Origin: Minisyncoccia bacterium
GTDB lineage: Bacteria > Patescibacteriota > Minisyncoccia > Phycocordibacterales > GWA1-40-21
DNA length: 64,000 nt
Assembly (NCBI GenBank): GCA_049287185.1
Contig: JBAQFI010000004.1
Span: 8,125-72,124 of the forward strand
Reading direction: 5' to 3'
Part shown: positions 20,550 through 30,084 of the stretch, one piece after another
Layout: each line of letters starts with the position of its first letter
How positions within the stretch are numbered: the first letter of the stretch is position 1
The notes under the pieces: model-generated
Databases searched by the model: none
The model's input: the letters and a program-made list of their open reading frames with translations, nothing else
What the model was told of the DNA's origin: nothing
Program-made: the position numbers and the translations under genes

Positions 20550-21140
20550 ATGAATTTAATTACCCCCCTAATATTACTTATAGTTTCTGGAGCCCTATTT
20601 TTTGGCTGGATTAATCCACTTTACCAGGGTGAACATCTTGATGCCAATGGTAAAAATGATAATATCATTACCCTCAAGGCTATTAGTGATTCATATGATG
20701 CTGCTACTGCCAATCAAATCAAATTAAAAAATAAAATAATTTCCTTAACTCAAAGCAAATCAGACATTCCCCAAGAAGACATTACTCGTTTGGATAAAAT
20801 GCTACCAAATAATGTTGATAATGTTCGTCTGATTGTAGAAATAGAAGATATTGCCAAAAGATATAGCCAATTAGGTTTTAAGGGGGTAAGTGTTAATAAA
20901 ACTCCAACAGCTGCTAAAACCAATCAGAATTCTATTGTAACCAGTACCGACGAATATAGTACTTTGAATATTAATTTTACTGTTACTATGGCCTACAACG
21001 ATTTTGTTAATTTTCTCAGGGATTTGGAAGACAATCTTCGTTTGGTTGATATAAATAATGTTTCCTTTAGTGCTAATGACCTAGGCACCTATGACTTCAC
21101 AGTTTCACTTAATACTTATTGGTTAAACACAAGTAATTAA
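20550..21140 (+). CDS. pilO: type IV pilus assembly protein PilO-like
   Basis: N-terminal TM, coiled-coil, C-terminal domain. Synteny pilM-pilN-pilO. Confidence 0.55.
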   Translation: MNLITPLILLIVSGALFFGWINPLYQGEHLDANGKNDNIITLKAISDSYDAATANQIKLKNKIISLTQSKSDIPQEDITRLDKMLPNNVDNVRLIVEIEDIAKRYSQLGFKGVSVNKTPTAAKTNQNSIVTSTDEYSTLNINFTVTMAYNDFVNFLRDLEDNLRLVDINNVSFSANDLGTYDFTVSLNTYWLNTSN

Positions 21141-21146
21141 AACTTT

Positions 21147-21476
21147 ATGACAAAAAATAACATTATTTTAGCAGTCGTCATAATCATTCTACTTTCTGTT
21201 GCCGCCTGGTATTTTTTAGGGAATGACGACACCAATAGTAACAGCGCTATTGTTAGCCAGGGTGCAGGTGTTGCCTCAGCCACTTTAACAGATGAAGGCT
21301 CAAAAATTTTAAGTACCCTAAACCGTGTAAATAGCATTACATTAAATACCGGTTTTTTATCATCTCCTGCCTATAGAAGCTTGAAAGAATCTAGAATTCA
21401 AATAATTACTCAAACAACTGGTCGCGATAATCCATTTGCGCCTGTACCTTTTGACGGTAAAGCCGTTGTAAAATAA
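21147..21476 (+). CDS. small membrane-anchored protein, possibly PilP-like
   Basis: 109 aa, N-terminal TM, position after pilO. No motif beyond context. Confidence 0.35.
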   Translation: MTKNNIILAVVIIILLSVAAWYFLGNDDTNSNSAIVSQGAGVASATLTDEGSKILSTLNRVNSITLNTGFLSSPAYRSLKESRIQIITQTTGRDNPFAPVPFDGKAVVK

Positions 21477-21498
21477 GGTAATTTTTGATTAAATTTAT

Positions 21499-23226
21499 AT
21501 GAGTTTTTTAAATATATTAGCCAAAAAAGGCCTAATTTCACAGGATGATATTCCTAAAATTGAGTCAATTTCTGGACAAACCGGTCAATCAATAGAAGAT
21601 GTACTGGCTAAAATGAATATTGCTTCAGATTCTGTTTTGAATGCTAAAGGTGAATATTTAGATATTGCTACCCGAGTCATTGGAGAAGAGGGTGTATCTT
21701 TTGATATTCTAAAATATATTTCAGAAGATTCAGCTAGACACTACAATCTCGTCCCGCTTGATTTTAAGGATGGAGTATTGGAAGTTGGCTTGGTAAACCC
21801 CGATGACTTGAATGCTAGAAACTCACTAAACTTTATTGCCTCTAAACTCGGAGTGCCATTTAAAATCTTCCTTATTTCTAAGGAAGATTTTAATAGAGTC
21901 GTTTCAAACTACAAAGGTATTTCCAATGAAGTAGATAAAGCCCTGGGCAATGTTGATAGTAAACTGATTGAAGAAATATCAGATATTAAATTGGAAGAGA
22001 AAAGTGAAGTTAGAACTGGTAAAAACGGGGAAGAGACAGTAATTATTGAAGATGCTCCAGTCACCAAAGTTGTGGATACTATTTTACGCTATGCCGTTGA
22101 TGGTGTGGCTTCTGATGTTCACATTGAACCATTGCGACAAGTTATTCGTGTCCGTTTTCGCGTTGATGGACTCCTAAATACTAGTTTAGTTTTACCAATT
22201 ACTTATCATCAAGCCGTTGTCGCTCGTATCAAGGTTATGTGCGATATGAAATTGGATGAAAAAAGAAAACCACAAGACGGTCGTCTAACTAGACAGATTG
22301 ACGGTCGCAAAATTGATTTTCGTGTTTCCACTTTCCCATCTTATTTTGGTGAAAAGGTAGTGTTGCGTATTTTAGATCAAGAAAAGGGTGTAAAACCTCT
22401 AAGTGAAATTGGTTTGGATCCAAAGATTGAAGCTTTGGTTCGTGAAGCCATAAAACGTCCCTACGGTTTGATTTTGATTTCTGGTCCGACTGGTTCTGGT
22501 AAAACTACCACTCTCTATTCCATGTTAAATGAACTTGATCGAGAAGGAACAAACGTCTTGTCTTTAGAAGATCCAATCGAGTATAACATTGAAGGTGTTA
22601 GTCAGTCTCAGGTTTTTCCAGATATTGGTTATACTTTTGCCACTGGTCTTCGTACTACTCTTCGTCAGGATCCAGATGTAATCATGGTGGGAGAAATCCG
22701 TGATAAAGAAACTGCCAAGCTTGCCGTTCAGGCAGCTCTTACTGGTCACTTGGTGTTGTCTACCATTCACACCAATAATTCCGTCGGTGTTATTCCTCGC
22801 CTTATCGATATGGGTGTTGACCCGTACTTGATTGGCCCAACACTTATTCTAGCTATGGCTCAACGCTTGGTAAATGTTATTTGTCCAGAAACCAATAAAA
22901 AAGTTCCAGTCGACGGTGCCATAAAAGCTATTATTGATCGTCAATTTGCTGACTTACCAGAAAAATATCTTAAAGAAATCAAAATCCCTGAAACAGTTTT
23001 GGAAATTGAACCAAGTCCAACCTGCCCACTTGGCACAAAAGGCCGAGCTGCCGTTTTTGAAGCTTTTAAGATGGAAAAGGATGTGGAAGAATTGATTCTT
23101 AAAAATCCTACCGAATTGGGTATTTATGAACTTTTGCGTAGTAAGGGAATGCTTATGATGAAAGAGGACGCCATCAGAAAAGCCTTTAAAGGGGAGATCT
23201 CTTTTGAAGAAGTTAACAAGTTATAA
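21499..23226 (+). CDS. pilB: type IV pilus assembly ATPase PilB (GspE family)
   Basis: N-terminal GSPII_E N domain, Walker A ISGPTGSGKTTTLYSML, Asp box, Walker B and His box (HLVLSTIHTNN), tetracysteine motif (CPETNKK...CPLGTKG). Confidence 0.9.
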   Translation: MSFLNILAKKGLISQDDIPKIESISGQTGQSIEDVLAKMNIASDSVLNAKGEYLDIATRVIGEEGVSFDILKYISEDSARHYNLVPLDFKDGVLEVGLVNPDDLNARNSLNFIASKLGVPFKIFLISKEDFNRVVSNYKGISNEVDKALGNVDSKLIEEISDIKLEEKSEVRTGKNGEETVIIEDAPVTKVVDTILRYAVDGVASDVHIEPLRQVIRVRFRVDGLLNTSLVLPITYHQAVVARIKVMCDMKLDEKRKPQDGRLTRQIDGRKIDFRVSTFPSYFGEKVVLRILDQEKGVKPLSEIGLDPKIEALVREAIKRPYGLILISGPTGSGKTTTLYSMLNELDREGTNVLSLEDPIEYNIEGVSQSQVFPDIGYTFATGLRTTLRQDPDVIMVGEIRDKETAKLAVQAALTGHLVLSTIHTNNSVGVIPRLIDMGVDPYLIGPTLILAMAQRLVNVICPETNKKVPVDGAIKAIIDRQFADLPEKYLKEIKIPETVLEIEPSPTCPLGTKGRAAVFEAFKMEKDVEELILKNPTELGIYELLRSKGMLMMKEDAIRKAFKGEISFEEVNKL

Positions 23227-23329
23227 ACCTTCTATTTCGACATTAGTATATAAGGGTTCTGACGACTTCTCCAAAATTTTATTTACTGGTATAATAAATG
23301 TATTATAAATACAGAATAAACTTAAAAAA

Positions 23330-23743
23330 ATGGAAAATAAAACTGCTTTGAAAATAATGATTGTTGATGATGATAAATTCCTACTTAACATGTATGAAGT
23401 TAAGTTTAAAAATAGTGGTTTTGAAGTGGCGGCTGCTTGCGGAGCTGATGATGCCTTAAACCAATTGCGATTGGGATATCGTCCAGATATTTTGGTTTCT
23501 GATTTGATTATGCCTAAAATTACAGGTTTTGAATTTTTGGAAATGGTTAAGAAAGAAAATTTGAAAGGCGAGGCTGTGGTTATTGTTCTCACCAATCAAG
23601 GACAAACTACTGATATCGAGAAAGCTGTAAATCTTAACGTTGATGGTTATATTGTTAAAGCCACCAGTATTCCTTCAGAAGTTGTGGAAGAAGTAAAAAA
23701 TATTTACGATAAAAAACAAACTGCCAAAAATCTTATTAAATAA
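23330..23743 (+). CDS. stand-alone response regulator receiver (CheY/PilH-like)
   Basis: Acidic pocket IVDDD, phospho-acceptor Asp in ILVSDLIMP, Thr in VIVLTNQ, Lys in YIVKAT. Confidence 0.8.
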   Translation: MENKTALKIMIVDDDKFLLNMYEVKFKNSGFEVAAACGADDALNQLRLGYRPDILVSDLIMPKITGFEFLEMVKKENLKGEAVVIVLTNQGQTTDIEKAVNLNVDGYIVKATSIPSEVVEEVKNIYDKKQTAKNLIK

Positions 23744-23760
23744 AATATATTAATTATTCT

Positions 23761-24822
23761 ATGGATTACAAAGCTGAATTAGATGATTTAATAATAACAA
23801 CCATTAAAGAGGGAGCATCAGACCTCCATCTTTCTGAAGGTCGTCACCCGACTATTCGTGTGGCTGGAGTTTTGTTACCTCTAATTCGCAAACCAGTTTT
23901 AACCAAAAAAGATACTTTGGCCATTACTGAACACCTCTTATCCAAAGAAAATATAGAGAAATTTTTAGCTGAAAAAGAAATAGACTTTTCCTACGGAGTC
24001 GAAGGTGGTGATCGCTTTCGTGGTAATGGTTTTTTCCAACAAGGAGCTGTCAGTTTTGCTCTCCGTCTTATTCCTAAAAAAATTCGTAATTTAGAGGAAC
24101 TAAATCTCCCTAAAATTCTAGAGACTTTTGCTGAAAAACAACAAGGTTTCTTTTTGGTAGTGGGACCAGTTGGACACGGTAAATCCACTACATTAGCGGC
24201 TATGATTGATTATATAAATATCAATCGAGTGGAACATATTATTACTGTTGAAGATCCAATAGAATATATTTATGAACAGAAACGCTCAATCATTGATCAG
24301 CGTGAGGTAAGATTAGACACTAAAGATTTCAACGGCGCCTTGGTTAGTATGTTCCGCGAAGATGTCAATGTTGTCCTCGTGGGTGAAATGCGAGATACCG
24401 CTACTATTTCAACCGCTGTAACGGCCGCTGAAACTGGACACTTGGTTCTTTCTACTCTCCACACCAATAATGCCGCTCAAACTATTAGTCGTATTATTGA
24501 CTCCTTTCCAGCTGGACAACAAGATCAGATTCGTTTACAGCTAGCCGGAAGCTTAACAGGTATTTTCTCTCAACGCTTGATTCCACGCATTTCCGGTGGT
24601 CTCATTCCTGCTTATGAACTTTTGATAAATAACAGTGCTATCGCTAACCTAATTAGAGAAAATCGTATTCATGAAATTAACTCTGTTATCGAAACTGGTT
24701 CTGTTGATGGTATGGTGGATTTGAATCATTCCTTAGCTGATTTAGTGAACCGTGGTGAAATTACAGCTGAAACTGCTTATCAATATTCACTGAACGCAAA
24801 AATTTTAGACCGTTTGATTTAA
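23761..24822 (+). CDS. pilT: twitching motility retraction ATPase PilT
   Basis: Walker A GPVGHGKSTTLAAM, ITVEDPIEY, His box GHLVLSTLHTNNAAQTISRIID, PilT-specific AIANLIRE motif. Confidence 0.9.
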   Translation: MDYKAELDDLIITTIKEGASDLHLSEGRHPTIRVAGVLLPLIRKPVLTKKDTLAITEHLLSKENIEKFLAEKEIDFSYGVEGGDRFRGNGFFQQGAVSFALRLIPKKIRNLEELNLPKILETFAEKQQGFFLVVGPVGHGKSTTLAAMIDYININRVEHIITVEDPIEYIYEQKRSIIDQREVRLDTKDFNGALVSMFREDVNVVLVGEMRDTATISTAVTAAETGHLVLSTLHTNNAAQTISRIIDSFPAGQQDQIRLQLAGSLTGIFSQRLIPRISGGLIPAYELLINNSAIANLIRENRIHEINSVIETGSVDGMVDLNHSLADLVNRGEITAETAYQYSLNAKILDRLI

Positions 24823-24835
24823 TAAATTAAAAATT

Positions 24836-26035
24836 ATGCTTTTCAATTATAAAGCCATAGATAATTCAGGAGTTGAGCGCGCTGGTATCATTGATGCTAT
24901 CAATATTGACGCGGCCATTGCTTCACTTCAAAAACGTGGTTTGATTGTTTCTTCGGTTAAACCAGAAGGGGACAAGAAAGGTTTTTTAAATCTTTCTTTT
25001 GGAGGTGTTAAAAATAAAGACATAGTTATTTTGTCACGTCAGATTGCCACTATGTTCGAAGCTCAGATTTCTGCTCTCCGCGTTTTTCGTATGATTGCTA
25101 CTGAAGTTGATAATCCGGTTCTGGCTAGAGTTTTGACCGAAGTCTCTGATGATATTCAAGCCGGTAGTCCAATTTCTGTTTCCTTGAATAAGCACCCTAA
25201 AATTTTTACCCCATTCTATATCAGTATGGTGCGCTCTGGTGAAGAGTCAGGTCACCTTGACAAGACTTTTATGTACCTAGCGGATTACATGGATCGTGCA
25301 TACGAAGTTTCCTCCAAGGTTAAAAACGCTCTTATCTACCCAATTTTTGTTGCTTTCACTTTCTTGGTTGTGATGCTCCTTATGTTCACTATGGTTATTC
25401 CTAAAATCAGTGATATTTTGAGAGATTCTGGTCAAGCTATTCCATTTTACACTAGTATTATTTTGGCTATTAGTAGTTTCTTAGTTAACTACGGTATCTT
25501 CTTGGTAATAATTTTGATTGTCGGTGGATTCTTTTTCTGGCGTTATTCCCGTACAGAGTCCGGCCGTCTAGTAGTTGATAATGCCAAGATCACTACTCCA
25601 TATATTCAGAAACTTTATATGAAATTATATTTGTCTCGTATTGCTGACAACCTAAACACCTTACTAATTTCCGGTATTCCAGTCGTGAGAGCCTTGGAAT
25701 TAACGGCTAGTGTAGTGGGTAATAAAGTTTATGAGGCAATTCTAACCAAGTCAATTGAAGATGTTAAGGGTGGTCAGCCAGTTTCGCAATCTTTGTCTGG
25801 TAAAAGAGAATTTCCTGGTATTTTTATTCAGATGATTAAAGTCGGTGAAGAAACTGGAGAAATGGGAAGTATTTTGAAAACCATGTCCACTTTCTACCGT
25901 CGTGAAGTTATAAACACAGTGGACACTATTGTGGGTCTCATTGAGCCGATTATGATTGTGGCCCTTGGTCTTGGCGTCGGTATTCTTTTAGCGGCGGTAC
26001 TCGTTCCGATTTACAATATATCTGCTTCGATGTAG
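24836..26035 (+). CDS. pilC: type IV pilus platform protein PilC (T2SS F domains x2)
   Basis: Two GspF repeats and three TM segments. Follows pilT. Confidence 0.85.
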   Translation: MLFNYKAIDNSGVERAGIIDAINIDAAIASLQKRGLIVSSVKPEGDKKGFLNLSFGGVKNKDIVILSRQIATMFEAQISALRVFRMIATEVDNPVLARVLTEVSDDIQAGSPISVSLNKHPKIFTPFYISMVRSGEESGHLDKTFMYLADYMDRAYEVSSKVKNALIYPIFVAFTFLVVMLLMFTMVIPKISDILRDSGQAIPFYTSIILAISSFLVNYGIFLVIILIVGGFFFWRYSRTESGRLVVDNAKITTPYIQKLYMKLYLSRIADNLNTLLISGIPVVRALELTASVVGNKVYEAILTKSIEDVKGGQPVSQSLSGKREFPGIFIQMIKVGEETGEMGSILKTMSTFYRREVINTVDTIVGLIEPIMIVALGLGVGILLAAVLVPIYNISASM

Positions 26036-26113
26036 TCCAGTTGTAGAATTTTAACTTAAAAGACCACCAGTTCGTTTAACGAACTGGTGGTCTTATTTCA
26101 AATTAAAATTTAC

Positions 26114-26147
26114 TACCTTTTTTCTGTCATTCCCGCCTGCGCGGGAA
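26114..26147. repeat. REP-like palindrome (family A)
   Basis: tgtcattcccgc-ctgc-gcgggaatgaca: perfect 12-bp stem, same core as 16049-16130. Confidence 0.8.
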
Positions 26148-26391
26148 TGACAAACAGGGAACAATGTAACTCAAGGCAATATATTGGTATTTCTCCATTT
26201 ATCCACACTTTGTCTTGAATATTTTTATTTTAGTTGTGGTATAATTATTTCACTGACTAATACCCCAAGAGGGTGGCTGGTCGATCCGGTTTTCCGGCAG
26301 TCATAGTCAAGGAAAATTTGCTAGCTTCTCCAAGCTAGACAAAAGTTTTTTAATTAAAAAATTTTTAACAATTAATCGTTCTCTAATTTCA

Positions 26392-26413
26392 TTTTCTTTT
26401 GCGCAAAAGAAAA
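26392..26413. promoter_or_regulatory. 22-bp perfect palindrome overlapping the putative pilA promoter (candidate operator)
   Basis: ttttctttt-gcgc-aaaagaaaa lies 22 bp upstream of the pilA ATG. A gatact -10-like hexamer is immediately downstream. Confidence 0.4.
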
Positions 26414-26434
26414 TGATACTTAAAAACATAAAAT

Positions 26435-26827
26435 ATGTCATCTAAAAAAGGTTTTACATTAATCGAACTTCTAGTGGTTATTGCCATTATTGGTATTTTG
26501 TCTGCTGTTGTTCTTGCTTCTCTAAACTCAGCTCGTAACAAAGGTGCTGACGCTGCTATCAAATCAACTTTAGCTAATGCTCGTGCTCAAGCTGAATTGT
26601 TCTATGACAAAGGTCAAATTTATACTGATGTTTGTACAGATGATGAGGGTATCCTAAAAATGGTAAATGCTGTTACTGCTATGGGTATAACACCTACTTG
26701 TACTTCTTCAGCTTCAGATTGGGCATTTAGTGCTCCTTTGAAATCTGCAAATGCAACCTGGTGTGTTGACGGAACTGGTGTTTCGACAAGTACTACTGTT
26801 GACAGTGCGACAGCAAGATGTAATTAA
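26435..26827 (+). CDS. pilA: type IVa major pilin
   Basis: Class III signal MSSKKG|FTLIELLVVIAIIGILSAVVLASL (G-1, F+1, E+5), C-terminal disulfide-bonded region. Strong terminator follows. Confidence 0.9.
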   Translation: MSSKKGFTLIELLVVIAIIGILSAVVLASLNSARNKGADAAIKSTLANARAQAELFYDKGQIYTDVCTDDEGILKMVNAVTAMGITPTCTSSASDWAFSAPLKSANATWCVDGTGVSTSTTVDSATARCN

Positions 26828-26839
26828 TTTTACACTTTA

Positions 26840-26867
26840 AAAACCCCGCCTTGTGCGGGGTTTTTTT
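26840..26867 (+). terminator. rho-independent terminator after pilA
   Basis: aaaaccccgc-cttgt-gcggggttttttt. Confidence 0.8.
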
Positions 26868-26907
26868 GTTTTTTCTTTTTTCTTAAAAATGCTATAATAA
26901 TTGGAGT

Positions 26908-27387
26908 ATGAAAAGTAATAAAAATAGAGGTTTCACCCTAATAGAAATGATTGTAGTGGTGGGTATTATTGGTATTATTACCGGTGTGGTTTTTATGTCA
27001 CTCGACACAGCTCGCTCTCAAAGTCGTGACAAAAAAAGAATTGGAGATGTTAAAAGCATTCAATTGGCTTTGGAAATCTACTATCTAAAAAATAAATCCT
27101 ACCCAGACACCCTAGCGGTTTTATCCACTGGTTCTGACAAGCAATTACCATCTGTACTGACTGACCCAAATGGTGGTTCATATAATTATGTTTCCTATAG
27201 TCCAAAATCAGGCTCTTCAGAGTGTCAGGCCTATCATCTAGGAACTATATTAGAAAATGACAATAAACAGTTTCGTGATGAATCTAGTCAGTTTGATTCG
27301 GCAGATATAACTGTTACTTGTGGAAGTACAGTCGGTTTTGATGCTACAAGCAATGATAGATATTACGACGTAACACCAAAATATTAA
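26908..27387 (+). CDS. pilin-like protein (prepilin N-terminal cleavage/methylation domain)
   Basis: MKSNKNRG|FTLIEMIVVVGIIGI. Confidence 0.8.
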   Translation: MKSNKNRGFTLIEMIVVVGIIGIITGVVFMSLDTARSQSRDKKRIGDVKSIQLALEIYYLKNKSYPDTLAVLSTGSDKQLPSVLTDPNGGSYNYVSYSPKSGSSECQAYHLGTILENDNKQFRDESSQFDSADITVTCGSTVGFDATSNDRYYDVTPKY

Positions 27388-27389
27388 TT

Positions 27390-28190
27390 ATGTTTGATTT
27401 TCTTTGGTCAATTTTTGTTTTCGGTCTAGGCGCCATTATTGGTAGTTTTCTTAATGTGGTAATTTTTCGTTATCAAACCGGTATGTCTATGGTTAAAGGT
27501 CAGTCAGTTTGTCTGTCCTGCACTAAAACCTTAACCTGGTTAGAGCTAGTGCCTATTTTTAGCTTCTTGGCCCAAAAGGGGAGATGCCGTAGTTGTCTGT
27601 CCAAAATTTCTTGGCAATATCCAGCGGTAGAATTTACCACCGCTTGTATTTTCTTGGCCACTTTTTGGCATTTAGGCGGTTTGCAAGCTCCTATTCTTGA
27701 ATTAGTTTTAACTCTCATCATTTTCTGTTTACTAATTGTTATTGCTGTTTATGATCTTAGACACAAAATTATTCCTGACACTTGGTCCTATTCTCTAGCG
27801 GTTTTAGCTTTTATTTTAACTCCCGGTTTATTGTATTTTAATACAGGGAATAATCTTCCTTGGTATGAATGGATTTCCGGTCTTTTGGTAGCTTCACCGT
27901 TTGCTTTTCTGTTTCTTATTTCCCGTGGTCATTGGATGGGCTTTGGGGATGCTAAATTAGCCCTGGGCATTGGTTGGTTTTTAGGTCTATCACTTGGCAT
28001 TTCAGCGATTATTTGGGGTTTTTGGATTGGCGCCGCTTACGGTCTAACTATTATGGCTATCGGATTGAAATATAAGGGTAAAAAGATTACAATTAAGAGT
28101 GAAATACCCTTTGCACCATTTCTTATTATTGGTTGGTTACTGGTTTATTTTGTCGGTTTAGATTTAATCCATTTAAATACCCTATTGTAA
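27390..28190 (+). CDS. pilD: prepilin peptidase (A24 family) PilD
   Basis: N-terminal Cys-pair zinc motif (CLSCTKTL...CRSCLSKI), 7-8 TM, catalytic Asp pair context (AVYDLRHKIIPD...GFGDAKLA). Confidence 0.85.
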   Translation: MFDFLWSIFVFGLGAIIGSFLNVVIFRYQTGMSMVKGQSVCLSCTKTLTWLELVPIFSFLAQKGRCRSCLSKISWQYPAVEFTTACIFLATFWHLGGLQAPILELVLTLIIFCLLIVIAVYDLRHKIIPDTWSYSLAVLAFILTPGLLYFNTGNNLPWYEWISGLLVASPFAFLFLISRGHWMGFGDAKLALGIGWFLGLSLGISAIIWGFWIGAAYGLTIMAIGLKYKGKKITIKSEIPFAPFLIIGWLLVYFVGLDLIHLNTLL

Positions 28191-28242
28191 ATTATGTTAA
28201 AGTTTTTTCAAAATTTTAAAAATAAATTCTCATCATCCTGCT

Positions 28243-28335
28243 CGTCATTGCGAGGGTGTACTCACCCGTGGCAATCCAGGATTTTTTTGAATAATAAGAT
28301 GGATTGCCACGTCGGCAGACCTCCTCGCAATGACG
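28243..28335. repeat. REP-like nested inverted repeat (family B) overlapping the start of a minor pilin gene
   Basis: Outer arms cgtcattgcgagg / cctcgcaatgacg; inner arms gtggcaatcc / ggattgccac; central AT-rich spacer. gtcatt...aatgac ends resemble family A. Confidence 0.7.
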
Positions 28336-28922
28336 GAAAGAGAGGTTTTACTTTGATTGAACTCTTGGTCACCCTATCTATTTTTGTGATTGTTGGTAGC
28401 GTAATTCTTTTTAGTCAAAGTCAGTTTAATGGTTCTATTTTACTTTCCAATTTATCTTACGATTTAGCTCTCACTATTCGCCAAGCACAAACTTTTGGAG
28501 TCGGGGGTAAGTCCTTTGGTTTTGATGATACACAAAAACCGAGGTACGGTGTCCATCTAGATACCACAAACAGTAAAAGTATTGTTTTTTTTGCTGATTT
28601 AGATGGGGGAGGAACCTATGACGTTGGTATTTGTCCTAAATCTACCATAGATGACAACCTCGAATGTTTAGAGACTTATAATATTAAAAAAGGAAACAGT
28701 ATAAAAAAAATCTGTGAATATCAGGGAGAAAATACGTCCTGTACAGATTCTTATAGTTCAGTAGATATTACTTTTGAACGACCTGATCCCGATGCTGTTA
28801 TATATGTTGAGAAAACAAAAGCAGATTTTTCTGCTGTGGAGATTGTTATTGGTGATGATTCAGATTCCCAAACTCGTTCTGTGGTTGTTACTTCAGTCGG
28901 CCAGATTTTCATTAAAAAATAA
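28299..28922 (+). CDS. minor pilin / pseudopilin (start revised to the ATG inside the repeat; the track ORF starts at 28194)
   Basis: Leader MDCHVGRPPRNDGKRG|FTLIELLVTLSIFVIVGSV. The upstream extension from 28194 runs through the REP-like element and lacks pilin features. Confidence 0.7.
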   Translation: MDCHVGRPPRNDGKRGFTLIELLVTLSIFVIVGSVILFSQSQFNGSILLSNLSYDLALTIRQAQTFGVGGKSFGFDDTQKPRYGVHLDTTNSKSIVFFADLDGGGTYDVGICPKSTIDDNLECLETYNIKKGNSIKKICEYQGENTSCTDSYSSVDITFERPDPDAVIYVEKTKADFSAVEIVIGDDSDSQTRSVVVTSVGQIFIKK

Positions 28923-28927
28923 TTGTT

Positions 28928-29503
28928 ATGTCAAAGAATATTAAACAAATAAAAACAAAAAATAATCGAGGGTTCACCCTAGTAGAAACACTGGTGGCTG
29001 TCGGTTTATTTTCTGTGATTATGACTATGGGTGTTAGTGCTCTTATGACTATACTCGGGGCCAATGCTAAAGCACAAAACATTAAAACAGCTGTAAACAA
29101 TGTTAATTTTGCAGTGGAAACTATTTCTAGTGCTTTGATGACCTCAATACCGGGTTCCATTTATTGTTTAAATAGCGGTTCAGACACCAGGATTGATTGT
29201 GAAGAAGGTGTGGGTTATGAAGGAATAGAATTTGAAAAACAAACAAAAACCCCTCCAAATATTTTATATAAAATATTTTTTGATGGAGATAATTTAATGA
29301 TTAAAAAAGGTAATATATTAGAAAGTGTTCTCATCCCGGCTAGTATTAAAATAAATAATAAAGAAATCTTTCATGTCAGTATTCCATCATATTCAGAAAC
29401 CAAGAGAATTGAAATAGTATTGGATGGTACCACCGGAAGTTCTGCTCGGGGGACTGAAACCACTTTTAATTTGCAAACTGGTGTTACTAAACTCGGACAA
29501 TAA
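28928..29503 (+). CDS. minor pilin / pseudopilin
   Basis: MSKNIKQIKTKNNRG|FTLVETLVAVGLFSVIM. Confidence 0.75.
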   Translation: MSKNIKQIKTKNNRGFTLVETLVAVGLFSVIMTMGVSALMTILGANAKAQNIKTAVNNVNFAVETISSALMTSIPGSIYCLNSGSDTRIDCEEGVGYEGIEFEKQTKTPPNILYKIFFDGDNLMIKKGNILESVLIPASIKINNKEIFHVSIPSYSETKRIEIVLDGTTGSSARGTETTFNLQTGVTKLGQ

Positions 29504-29509
29504 AATACT

Positions 29510-30082
29510 ATGAAAAAAATATTTATTAAAATCACAAAAAATAAATTAGCTACAGGGTTCACTCTAGTAGAAGCTCTGGTGGCCATTTCTATCCTAATGA
29601 TTTCTATTGCTGCACCTATGACCATTGCTCAAAATGGTTTGTCTACTGCTTTGTTTGCTAGAGAAGAAATGATTGCTCAATTTCTTGCTCAAGATGCTTT
29701 AGAATATGTTAAATATGTTCGTGATAACAATGCTTTTCCAGAAGATGAAATAACACCAGCAGACTGGTGGTTGGCAGGACTGGAGGACTGCACTGGTGAA
29801 TACGGTTGTGAAATTGATACTATAAATAATGATATTAATCAGTTGAATAGTGACTCTGAATCTAATCCACTAAGATTTAACGACAGTTTAAAAACCTACA
29901 GTTATGATAACAATATGCCGGTCTCAAATTTTGCCAGAAAGATGAAAATCAATGTAGACACAGCAAAAACTGATGAATCAGGTATTTATTATAAGGCCTC
30001 GGCTAATGTTGTTGTTACCTGGAAAAATAAAAATACTGTTGTCCCTTATGAACTTAATACCAATATTTTTAATATACGATAA
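29510..30082 (+). CDS. minor pilin / pseudopilin
   Basis: KLATG|FTLVEALVAISILMISIAAP. Confidence 0.75.
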   Translation: MKKIFIKITKNKLATGFTLVEALVAISILMISIAAPMTIAQNGLSTALFAREEMIAQFLAQDALEYVKYVRDNNAFPEDEITPADWWLAGLEDCTGEYGCEIDTINNDINQLNSDSESNPLRFNDSLKTYSYDNNMPVSNFARKMKINVDTAKTDESGIYYKASANVVVTWKNKNTVVPYELNTNIFNIR

Positions 30083-30084
30083 AT

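Noticed and set aside
28194-28298. N-terminal 35-codon extension of the minor pilin ORF as given in the track (MLKFFQNFKN...)
   Set aside because: It reads through the REP-like inverted repeat and lacks pilin leader features. The downstream ATG gives a conventional short leader before G|FTLIELL.
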